Assembly: GCA_964442455.1 (NCBI GenBank)
Contig: CAYTZB010000007.1
Location: 1 to 55,798 of the forward strand
DNA from: an uncultured Gammaproteobacteria bacterium
GTDB lineage: Bacteria > Patescibacteriota > Microgenomatia > UBA8517 > JACQJR01
DNA length: 55,798 bases
Reading direction: 5' to 3'
Below, one piece after another: positions 17,860 through 25,506 of this stretch. Position numbers and translations under genes: made by a program. The notes beneath the pieces are model-generated. The model ran no database searches and was not told where the DNA came from. It saw only the letters and a program-made list of their open reading frames with translations. Each line of letters starts with the position of its first letter. Positions within the stretch are counted from its first letter, which is position 1.

Positions 17860-17905
17860 TTCACCGTTCTGTCCGCCGTTTGGCGAGACAAGCTCGAAAG
17901 GAGCA
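17860..17905 (+). promoter_or_regulatory. 46-nt leader repeat, copy B
   Basis: TTCACCGTTCTGTCCGCCGTTTGGCGAGACAAGCTCGAAAGGAGCA, ending 6 nt before the ATG at 17912. Confidence 0.6.
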
Positions 17906-17911
17906 AGGAAA

Positions 17912-18274
17912 ATGAGAAACAGGTATCGCCCAGGGAATTCTTGGTTCGTCGTTGATGATCAAGACCAGATAGCAATGCTTCTGCAGGCTGCAGAGCAGAT
18001 AATGATCGGTGAACCAGCCGATGATAAGCTCGTTCTCGGTCACCTTAGGGATACTCGCGAGTCTGGGGAAGCTTACTTCCTATGGGCCATAAACCCTAAG
18101 GGGCACGAGATCTGGGCTGCGATGGATGATAACCGATTCTTCCAGAACCTGGAGGGCATCTTTCGAGTAGTCGAATCGCATCTCTCTCAGATCAAAGGCC
18201 TCTGGAAGATTCGGGCAGAAGTTCTGCATTACGCGGAGGCTCTCTGCGAGCACCGGGCACATCTAGCCGCCTAA
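17912..18274 (+). CDS. hypothetical protein (120 aa)
   Basis: ATG preceded by AAAGGAG; no motif recognised. Confidence 0.6.
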   Translation: MRNRYRPGNSWFVVDDQDQIAMLLQAAEQIMIGEPADDKLVLGHLRDTRESGEAYFLWAINPKGHEIWAAMDDNRFFQNLEGIFRVVESHLSQIKGLWKIRAEVLHYAEALCEHRAHLAA

Positions 18275-18283
18275 CGTCCGCAA

Positions 18284-18412
18284 ACAACTGAATAGTGCAA
18301 GAAGGCACCGACCGGTTCATGGGTATTGAAACAATTCGCCATCTGGTGAAAATACTGTCAACAGCGACAGTTTTGTTTCAATTCTCTAGTAACCCTAAGG
18401 TGCCTTTTTTGT
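18284..18412 (+). terminator. conserved 3' module: ACAACTGAATAGTG + long nested hairpin AAGGCACC...GGTGCCTT + T-run
   Basis: Outer 8-bp stem 18302-18309 / 18399-18406 followed by TTTTTT; encloses ATTGAAACAA/TTGTTTCAAT and CTGTC/GACAG stems; shorter homolog at 48969-49038. Confidence 0.55.
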
Positions 18413-18448
18413 TGTATTTTTGTGTGAGATAATAATTCCTGAAAAATA

Positions 18449-19222
18449 ATGAGAAGGATGGGAGTGATATTTTTGGTGGGATTAGTTGTTGTGGCGGCAC
18501 TAGGGTATATGCAAAGCAAGGAGCAGCCCACTTTATCTATTCCTACAGCCACTCCTACCCTACAACCAACGAGCAGTGAGACTCTTGAGTTTGTATTTAG
18601 TGGTAGTTCTTTACGTGCGGCGTGGGTACGGGTGCGTGATCCTCAAAAAATCATCCTTTATCCGAATTTTACGGAGAAGTTGAGCGCGAAAGATGCAAGG
18701 GAGGAGAAGAACTGTGCGAGTATAGTTAATGGAGGATTTTATACCATGCAAAACTCACCTATTGGACTATTTGTGACTGAAGGCGAGAAAATGAGCGATA
18801 CACACAAAAACAGACTTTTTAACGGCTTTTTCTCTGTTGATTACGAAGGAAATGCGCGTATTTCATACGATGTTCCCCAAAACGGCGTGCGATTTGCGCT
18901 CCAGTCGGGGCCATTGCTCCTGCAGAATGGTGTCATAGAAAAGCTCTCCATTCGTAACGATGAGCTGGCGCGACGGGTGGTGGTTGCTCAAGAGGAGGAT
19001 GGTAGAGTCTTCTTTATAGTGCTGTTTGTTGCGGGTTCACCAAATCTCGGTCCTTATTTAGCCGAACTCCCCGAGGTTTTAGCAGTGGTGGGAGATAAAA
19101 TAGAGGTGAGATTCACGGACGCATTGAATTTGGATGGTGGAAGTGCATCAGCGTTTTTATCGGATGGTTGGGGTATTGCGGAATTTGCGCCCATAGGAAG
19201 TTACTTTTGTGTGAGAGAGTAA
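18449..19222 (+). CDS. phosphodiester glycosidase family protein (DUF2233-like), exported
   Basis: N-terminal TM/signal; NGGFY and LNLDGGSAS motifs characteristic of DUF2233/NAGPA-like proteins. Confidence 0.7.
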   Translation: MRRMGVIFLVGLVVVAALGYMQSKEQPTLSIPTATPTLQPTSSETLEFVFSGSSLRAAWVRVRDPQKIILYPNFTEKLSAKDAREEKNCASIVNGGFYTMQNSPIGLFVTEGEKMSDTHKNRLFNGFFSVDYEGNARISYDVPQNGVRFALQSGPLLLQNGVIEKLSIRNDELARRVVVAQEEDGRVFFIVLFVAGSPNLGPYLAELPEVLAVVGDKIEVRFTDALNLDGGSASAFLSDGWGIAEFAPIGSYFCVRE

Positions 19223-19230
19223 CACTTCGC

Positions 19231-19259
19231 TTGTCAGTGAAAGGTGATTTTGGTACAAT
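19231..19259 (+). promoter_or_regulatory. sigma70-like promoter for tRNA-Val
   Basis: TTGTCA (19231-19236), 17-nt spacer, TACAAT (19254-19259), 20 nt upstream of the tRNA 5' end. Confidence 0.55.
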
Positions 19260-19278
19260 AAGTGAATTCCTTAAAAAT

Positions 19279-19351
19279 GGGCGCATAGCTCAGTTGGTAG
19301 AGCGTTCGCTTGACGTGCGAAAGGTCTCAGGTTCGAGTCCTGATGCGCCCA
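19279..19351 (+). tRNA. tRNA-Val(GAC)
   Basis: Hand-folded cloverleaf: GGGCGCA/TGCGCCC acceptor, GCTC/GAGC D stem, TTCGC/GCGAA anticodon stem, loop TTGACGT, TCAGG/CCTGA T stem with TTCGAGT loop; no encoded CCA. Confidence 0.9.
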
Positions 19352-19431
19352 CTGGCAACAAACCTCTCTCGACATGCAAATTTCTCTTAGTCACGCCAAA
19401 AAAGAAAAGTTGTTTTAATTTTTGAAACGAA

Positions 19432-19953
19432 GTGGAAAAGATCAAAACAACCTTAAAAATATCTTTGGCGAAAGCCAAAAAAGAAAAGTTGTTTTACTTC
19501 GTCGTTACAGGTGTGATTTATCACCCTCGTCTCAAAAAATGTTTAATCCTCAAGCGTTCTCGGAAAGAAGTCGCGCATCCCGGTTTATGGGGTGTTATCG
19601 GAGGCAAGTTAGAGTGGTCGGATTTGAAAAATAATCCGATAACTAGGAAAAACTTTGATATCTTGGATTGGGAAGATTTGCTGGAAAAATTGGTCAAACG
19701 AGAAGCAAAGGAGGAGTGTGGATTGGAAGTGAGTGATCTTCGTTACTTAGACAATGTAGTCTATCTTCGTCCGGATAACGTGCCGACGGTGGCCATTAAA
19801 TTCGCGGTAAAGTATAAAAGCGGTAAGGTAACACTTGCGCCTGAATTCGATGAGTATGCTTGGGTTGATGGGCGAGAAGTTAAGAAATTTAAATGTATTC
19901 GAGGAATTCCCCGAGAAGTCAGAAGAACGGGTACACTTTACGCTGGTAAGTAA
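19432..19953 (+). CDS. Nudix hydrolase
   Basis: Nudix box GGKLEWSD...REAKEECGLEV; the track start is GTG at 19432. Confidence 0.8.
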   Translation: MEKIKTTLKISLAKAKKEKLFYFVVTGVIYHPRLKKCLILKRSRKEVAHPGLWGVIGGKLEWSDLKNNPITRKNFDILDWEDLLEKLVKREAKEECGLEVSDLRYLDNVVYLRPDNVPTVAIKFAVKYKSGKVTLAPEFDEYAWVDGREVKKFKCIRGIPREVRRTGTLYAGK

Positions 19954-19957
19954 ACCT

Positions 19958-20599
19958 TTACGCGGCGGCCCGTTGGAGATAATCCTCTGCTGAGAGAAGT
20001 CGCTTGGCTCCTGACACTCCCACTTGTCCCCAGAAACTATGGGCACGTTTGCGTGAGCGTGCATTGTACATAGAAAGCCACTCTGAGGCATTTTCTATTT
20101 TCTTTCTGAACGAGCGAATAAAGGTAAGCAACTTCTCAAAGAAAATAACGTGGTAGGCTCCCGGTTCAATAGGAGCGGACATTGTGGCAATCTGTACCTC
20201 GCGGGACAATCCTTGGGTTGTTTTGGCAAGTTGAGTAACTTCGGTTGTTACGGCTGCAAGTTGCACGCGCAACTCTTCCTGTTTTTTCTGTGAGAGCTGT
20301 TGTTCTTGCGCTCGCATTCGTCGTTCCTGTGCGAGTTGAGCCCTGAGTTGCTTTCGCTCTTGCGCCACCCCGGTCAAAACCTCCTCCATCTGGATGGTTT
20401 CTCCCGGCACAAGGTTACCTGAGATTTTTTGTTCAGAAAGTCCAACGAGTTGTCGGAAAAAGTCGCGCCCCACTTCGAACGCTGCATCACGGCCAGAAGC
20501 AGCGGTCTCGTTTCCCAAATCACGCAAAGTTTCGAGGACTTGGGGTTTGGATGCCTGTTTACCTTGACGTTGGGGTTTTGTTTTTGTTGCTGGTGCCAT
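19958..20599 (-). CDS. hypothetical coiled-coil protein (213 aa)
   Basis: ATG-initiated ORF, Q/E/R-rich central helix; no motif recognised. Confidence 0.6.
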   Translation of the reverse strand: MAPATKTKPQRQGKQASKPQVLETLRDLGNETAASGRDAAFEVGRDFFRQLVGLSEQKISGNLVPGETIQMEEVLTGVAQERKQLRAQLAQERRMRAQEQQLSQKKQEELRVQLAAVTTEVTQLAKTTQGLSREVQIATMSAPIEPGAYHVIFFEKLLTFIRSFRKKIENASEWLSMYNARSRKRAHSFWGQVGVSGAKRLLSAEDYLQRAAA

Positions 20600-20622
20600 A
20601 GTATGACAAACTTGCCCTCATT

Positions 20623-21537
20623 CTACAGTGAAGCGGTTAATTTGTCAAGCGCTCGTCTTCGTTTTAAAACCTCACGAATAACCTGTGTTTGGGTAGGAGA
20701 AATTTGTCCATTTTTGCCGTTTTCTGTCTCTTGCGTGATGCGTGTGACCTCTTCATCTTCAACAGTTATTCCTTCCTTATCTGCTACTGCGGATAAAAGA
20801 AGCATGGTGGAAATTTGTTGGTTAGCTTGGTTTCTATAGTCCTGCTTCAAGCTTTCGACCGTTTTTCCGGTTGAGGCGAGGTATTGCTCAATGGTCAAAC
20901 CTAGCTTTTGTGTTTGGTCAAGAAGGGTGGCTAATCGATGATTCACTTCTTCATCAAGGAGTGGTTTGGGTATAACAACTTTTGATGCCTTGAGCAGTGT
21001 TTCAATCACAAGATTTTCTTTTTCGGGAGGTGTAGGCCTCTGGCCCTGAGGACTCCCTGGCCCGGAGGGTTCATTTTTTCCGCCAGCTGTCGGATTGCCG
21101 TCTTTTCCGGGTATCCAGAGACTGCTTACCCGTCTGGCTTCGTCGAGTTCCTTTTGATAGTCACCAAGTGTTACTTTCGGTGCTTCACAAGTGGTGGCTC
21201 TCACTACCCACTCTTTTCCTTCTTCCGAGCGCACAAGCTCAAACTTAGGAGAGAGAAAAGGAGTAATTTTGTGTTCTTCAAGGGCCGCTCGATATGTAAG
21301 AGGAAGCACTTTTCCCAGTATGCGTTCGAGCACTGTTTGGGCAGATACTCGCTTTTTTATTTCTTCAAGAGGAGCATAACCAGGCCGAAATCCTGGGATC
21401 TCGGTTGTTTTTGTGAGTTCTTCGAGTGCTTCACGCTCTGCTTGTGCAATTACAGGGGTGGGAATAGTAATGGTTAACTGAATTGTCCCATCCTCTTCCC
21501 GCGCAAGAATAGAGGTAGGTTTGGTTTCTGCGGCCAT
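20623..21537 (-). CDS. tig: trigger factor, short form lacking the PPIase domain
   Basis: N-terminal ribosome-binding signature EIPGFRPGYAP and TF C-domain-like region; middle replaced by a Gly/Pro-rich linker; ATG at 21537 (MAAETK). Confidence 0.8.
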   Translation of the reverse strand: MAAETKPTSILAREEDGTIQLTITIPTPVIAQAEREALEELTKTTEIPGFRPGYAPLEEIKKRVSAQTVLERILGKVLPLTYRAALEEHKITPFLSPKFELVRSEEGKEWVVRATTCEAPKVTLGDYQKELDEARRVSSLWIPGKDGNPTAGGKNEPSGPGSPQGQRPTPPEKENLVIETLLKASKVVIPKPLLDEEVNHRLATLLDQTQKLGLTIEQYLASTGKTVESLKQDYRNQANQQISTMLLLSAVADKEGITVEDEEVTRITQETENGKNGQISPTQTQVIREVLKRRRALDKLTASL

Positions 21538-21566
21538 GCCGATATTATACTCTGAAGAAGTTAGAT

Positions 21567-22274
21567 TTACCAGTAAATTTCCGTGTCTTCTCCTGGGGAA
21601 AGTCCTAGTTCTTCTTTTACACACTTAATAATACGGCGGGCGACTTTTTCTGGTGGTATACCAGTATAATCTCCCATTTCAGTTGCCGTTGTTCCAGGAC
21701 AAACAGCATAAACTCTAATATTATTCTTTTCTACTTCTTGCGCAAGAGATTGCGTAAAGCCGATAACAGCGAATTTCGTGGCAGAATAAACCGCCATTTT
21801 GGCTCCTCCTCTCTTTCCCGCACCAGAAGAAATATTAACAATTATCCCATCTTTCTGTTTTTGCATAATTGGAAGAATAATATTGGTTAGATGAATTAAG
21901 CCACTGATATTCACGTCAATTTGCCAATCAATCTCCTAGGGTGAAGTTTCATCAAAGTCTTTGTAAGCCAAAACTCCTGCATTATTTATAAGTACATCAA
22001 TTCTCCCCCACTTTTCTATAATTTCATCAACCATGTGTTTTGATTGTTCTCTATTAGCAACGTCTGCTTGAATTGCAATTGCCTCACTGCCAGAGTTTTT
22101 AATTAATTGAACGACTTTTTCCGCTCCTCTTTTGTTTTTATTGTAGTTAGCAACTACTTTTGCTCCTTCTTGAGCGGCAAGAGTGGCTGTCGCCGCCCCA
22201 ATCCCACGCGAAGCCCCGGTGATTAAAATGACTTTATCCCTAAGGGACAAACTTTGTTTATTCTTTAATTCCAT
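21567..22274 (-). pseudogene. short-chain dehydrogenase/reductase (FabG-like) interrupted by one in-frame TAG
   Basis: TGASRGIG cofactor motif in the N-half; NISS, YSATK and PG in the C-half; both halves share one frame, separated only by TAG at 21936-21938 (...DFDETSP*EIDWQIDVNISG...). Confidence 0.8.
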
Positions 22275-22290
22275 AGGTGTAGATACACTT

Positions 22291-22322
22291 CCACCTCGAA
22301 GGTGGATTAGCTTGGCACCTCC
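22291..22322. repeat. REP-like palindromic element (CCACCTCGAAGGTGG + TTGGCACCTCC)
   Basis: Same family as 874-904 and 54830-54860. Confidence 0.8.
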
Positions 22323-22462
22323 TACCCCTTATGTTGAATCTTAAATCGTTGGGGAGTGAACTTAGGCGCTTGCGGTTTTGCACCAAAAGTTTTTCCTCTA
22401 AAGAAATCAGAGGTTCTGTATCCTAACTTTTGCGTTTTTTTGGTTTTTGAGTAGAACTTCAT
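22322..22462 (-). CDS. candidate 46-aa basic peptide (MKFYSKTKKTQKLGYRTSDFFRGKTFGAKPQAPKFTPQRFKIQHKG)
   Basis: ATG 6 nt after the TauE stop; shares a K-[ST]-F-G motif with the 12437-12574 peptide; no SD; could be chance. Confidence 0.2.
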   Translation of the reverse strand: MKFYSKTKKTQKLGYRTSDFFRGKTFGAKPQAPKFTPQRFKIQHKG

Positions 22463-22468
22463 ACTGTT

Positions 22469-23182
22469 CTATTGTACCAAAAACCGTAAACCTGCAAGTA
22501 TAAGGGCGACCAACACAATCTTCCTAAATGTTTCTTGGCCGGTCTTGCCAACGAGTACCTTTCCTACCGTTGTTCCCACGAGCGCGACTACTGCAAATAC
22601 AAAGACTATAGTGAGGTTAAAATTGAGAAGTCCTGTCTGGTTATAGACAACTACTTTAATAACATCAGCTCCAAGCCCAATTGCTGCTCCCGTTCCAAGG
22701 TAAAAATCTTTGTGCATATTCCAGGAAGACAAAAATGCTCCGCGCAAGGCTCCCGCTGTCCCGATTAATCCTGCTAAAAAGCCTACCAGTGCACCCTCGA
22801 TTGCGGTGAAAAGACGGTTGGTGGGGAGGGTGAACTGTCTGCCAGAAAGCGCAGCCCCCGCCCAGAGTATTAAGAAAATACCAAGGATTCGTGCAATCCA
22901 TTGTGCTGGAGAGATTGAGAGAAGATAGGATCCAATACCAGCAAGTATTAAACTGGGAATGCCAAAAAAGGTCACAATTTTCCAATCAATTCCTCCTCGG
23001 AAGTAAAGTGCCCGCCATAATGTTCCAAACATATGAAAAAGTGCTGCTAAGACAATTGCGTCTTTAATAGGCAAGAAAAGCGAGGCGGCAGGGACAAGAA
23101 GTGTCGTTGCGCCAAATCCAACAAAAGTGCCTACAATCTCGGCGGGAATTGCGAGAATTAAAAAGAGGGCAAGTGTGGGCAT
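22469..23182 (-). CDS. TauE/SafE (DUF81) family anion exporter
   Basis: 237-aa polytopic membrane protein with Gly-rich repeated halves typical of DUF81. Confidence 0.75.
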   Translation of the reverse strand: MPTLALFLILAIPAEIVGTFVGFGATTLLVPAASLFLPIKDAIVLAALFHMFGTLWRALYFRGGIDWKIVTFFGIPSLILAGIGSYLLSISPAQWIARILGIFLILWAGAALSGRQFTLPTNRLFTAIEGALVGFLAGLIGTAGALRGAFLSSWNMHKDFYLGTGAAIGLGADVIKVVVYNQTGLLNFNLTIVFVFAVVALVGTTVGKVLVGKTGQETFRKIVLVALILAGLRFLVQ

Positions 23183-23185
23183 GGA

Positions 23186-23410
23186 TTATTTTTTAATATT
23201 TGAGAATATAGTAAGGAGAAGCGAAAGAACTATGCTAATGATAATTGCGGTCGTAATTGGTGCATAAAAGGTGAAATTAGGTTTTTGTACAAGGATATCG
23301 CCTGGAAGTTTACCGATAAAGGGGAGTTTACCAAAGAACCAGAGTGCGCTTCCAATGATGATGAGGATAATGCCAAACGTAGTGATGATACGGCCCAGGT
23401 CTTGAAGCAT
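23186..23410 (-). CDS. DUF2905 family small membrane protein
   Basis: 74 aa; GKLPGDI motif between two TM segments. Confidence 0.7.
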   Translation of the reverse strand: MLQDLGRIITTFGIILIIIGSALWFFGKLPFIGKLPGDILVQKPNFTFYAPITTAIIISIVLSLLLTIFSNIKK

Positions 23411-23428
23411 GTATTTAGTATATCAGGT

Positions 23429-24475
23429 TTATACGAGCTTCTGAAGTGCTTTTAAGCGTTCGTAATACCCCAGGCGGGCTTTTTTAACTGCACGCTCAAG
23501 AACAGATATAGAAGTATCGTACGTTGAGCGATCAACAGGATAAGGAATTCCGTCTTTGCCACCATGCGCATAGGAATACCGCGCAGGATCGGTGTACGAC
23601 GGCTTTGCACCATAAATAACTTCAGAAACAAGAGATAATGCTCGAATCGTTTTTGGTCCAACCCCTCGAACGCCAAGTAACTGTTCAAAGTTTTCAGGTT
23701 GAGAATCATGTGCAAACGAGAGCGATTTTTCCATTCGTCGCCTATCAAAGGGAAAATTGACATAATCAAGCACCTTTAAATCCTTGAGAAGTGTTGGAAA
23801 TTCTTCCTTAACTAATGTTGCACTCGTGTCTCGCGTTTTTCTACTTTTTTTTGCAACCAAGTTTAGAACTTTAGAGCTTCGAGTTGAGAGCTTAGTGTCC
23901 TTTATCCCAGAATGAGGCTCTTCTACAAAATCTGTCAGTTTATCAGATAACCAATGGTATCTCCTTGCACGCTGACGCGCCGTATCCATCCCCTGCTGTA
24001 CGACTGTCCATAACCCATCCTTAGTAAAGATAAACGAGTGATGATAGAGCGTAAAACCATCCTGTACTGCCGTATTATCAACCTTTGCCGACATCTTTGA
24101 GGCATAGACCAAAGGATTGGGGTTAAAACCATGCCAGTCAGCATAGCGGGTAATGTCGTCTGGAGTTTTGAGCGAAGTTTTTCCCTTCCCTCCTGCAACA
24201 AAAATACCTAGCGTTCTTTCGGTTCCCCGCAATGCTTCTTTGAGCGCGCCGGTGGTGGTTGTAGTTAATCCCGACGCATCCCAGTCAAAGGCGAGAATCG
24301 TCCCAAATGATTGAAAGAAAAAGGGGTCCGACATTCTTCGGACAAACTCTTTATTCCCATACTCAAGTACGATTGCCTCGGTAATCAAACGACCAAGGCG
24401 TTTCATCCGCGCAAATAACCATGGTGGACAACGGCCATAATCCAGTCCAAATGTTGCAATTCCGGTCCTTGCCAT
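23429..24475 (-). CDS. DUF763 domain protein
   Basis: N-terminal PPWLFARMKRLG, DPFFFQSFG and DWDASGLTTTTTGALKEAL resemble DUF763 signatures as I recall them. Confidence 0.65.
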   Translation of the reverse strand: MARTGIATFGLDYGRCPPWLFARMKRLGRLITEAIVLEYGNKEFVRRMSDPFFFQSFGTILAFDWDASGLTTTTTGALKEALRGTERTLGIFVAGGKGKTSLKTPDDITRYADWHGFNPNPLVYASKMSAKVDNTAVQDGFTLYHHSFIFTKDGLWTVVQQGMDTARQRARRYHWLSDKLTDFVEEPHSGIKDTKLSTRSSKVLNLVAKKSRKTRDTSATLVKEEFPTLLKDLKVLDYVNFPFDRRRMEKSLSFAHDSQPENFEQLLGVRGVGPKTIRALSLVSEVIYGAKPSYTDPARYSYAHGGKDGIPYPVDRSTYDTSISVLERAVKKARLGYYERLKALQKLV

Positions 24476-24559
24476 AGATCCACTTTAGGGTTTTGTTTGG
24501 ATTGTTGTCAAGTGGATTATTTTCCTAGAATACAATTTTGTGGTAAAATAGTAGCCAAA

Positions 24560-25237
24560 ATGAGAATAGAACAAAAACCCAGTAACGCCCATAATTTTGC
24601 CACGCATAGAATATACGTTGAGCAAGGAGAGGATCCGCGCCAGATTCTCCGTGCAATAGCAGTTGCAAGTTTTGAGCTTGCTCGCCCTATAAGATTAGGA
24701 TGGTTGGCTCATGACGGTGGTGCAGCCATGACTCCTGAAGACGCAGACCAGTTTATAGGAGAGTGGGGAGGTAAACTCTCTTTATCAATGGATTATGTTC
24801 AGGGGAGACAGGTAAAAACAGGTATCTCTCAGGAAGCAGATGGAAGTTTTACATTCAATACGGGTTTATTTGAAGTAGATCGCGGAGAACCAAATAAAAT
24901 GTTTGCTCGTGCCCAAGAAATACTGTCGGGTTTTGGTAGTGCGAGTCTTCCGGTTGAAGTAGTTTCAACAAGACAGCAATATCAGGGTAAGTCATTAGAC
25001 CTCCGCCTAGAAGGAATTGGATATAAAAGGTTAGATAATGAGGGAGATTTAGAATTTAGAAATAGAGTTTTTCCAAGCTTATTTAGGGAAGATAGATTGC
25101 TGGCATTTGAATTTCTTTTTGGACAAAGTGCTGCAGAGTGGGACGATAAAAAGAAAAAAGGTCTTATTAATTTTATGCTTTCTTCTCTCCTAACGGATGA
25201 CGCACTGAAACAATTCTCACAAACCTTCACTGGTTAA
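24560..25237 (+). CDS. hypothetical protein (about 225 aa)
   Basis: ATG at 24560 preferred over the TTG at 24497; no motif recognised. Confidence 0.6.
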   Translation: MRIEQKPSNAHNFATHRIYVEQGEDPRQILRAIAVASFELARPIRLGWLAHDGGAAMTPEDADQFIGEWGGKLSLSMDYVQGRQVKTGISQEADGSFTFNTGLFEVDRGEPNKMFARAQEILSGFGSASLPVEVVSTRQQYQGKSLDLRLEGIGYKRLDNEGDLEFRNRVFPSLFREDRLLAFEFLFGQSAAEWDDKKKKGLINFMLSSLLTDDALKQFSQTFTG

Positions 25238-25506
25238 TACGAGGACAATTCACGCTCTATATCGGTAAGTTCTTTATCAATGCCGGAGAGGTCGGTATCG
25301 TTCAAATCTTGTTCAATCGCGGCTGGGTCGTCGCTGGCACCCTGTTGAGAGAGTTGTTGGGTTTTTATGTCCTCACTTACTAGTGGTGTTGCGGTAGGTA
25401 TTAGGGTTTTGGGAATTCCTCGCTGGCCAATAACCACCGCAATCCCCGCTACTAAAGCTACGATTACGAGTACTGGTATTACTATGTTTCCTATAGTTCT
25501 TATCAT
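25234..25506 (-). CDS. hypothetical membrane-anchored acidic protein (90 aa)
   Basis: N-terminal TM; start overlaps the upstream gene stop by 4 nt. Confidence 0.55.
   Translation of the reverse strand: MIRTIGNIVIPVLVIVALVAGIAVVIGQRGIPKTLIPTATPLVSEDIKTQQLSQQGASDDPAAIEQDLNDTDLSGIDKELTDIERELSSY

Noticed and set aside
17405-17905. The 46-nt repeat pair as a DGR template/variable repeat (both mismatches are at A in copy A)
   Set aside because: There are only two differences while many adenines are unchanged. Both copies are non-coding, and no reverse transcriptase is in the window.
18268-18412. Integron attC site at the cassette 3' end (GCCTAAC matches the R'' consensus RYYYAAC)
   Set aside because: There is no matching GTTRRRY R' site at a suitable distance, no intI gene, and the structure ends in a T-run typical of an intrinsic terminator.
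19168-19478. ORFs 19168-19425 (+), 19290-19478 (-) and 19422-19634 (+)
   Set aside because: They overlap tRNA-Val and its flank, or are out of frame with the well-supported Nudix ORF.
21936-21938. In-frame TAG as evidence of stop-codon reassignment. UGA recoding, as in some CPR lineages, was also considered.
   Set aside because: TAG terminates well-defined genes (846-848, 8843-8845). TGA terminates dinB, tyrS, hsdM and the GTPase gene. Conserved proteins read through without internal TGA.
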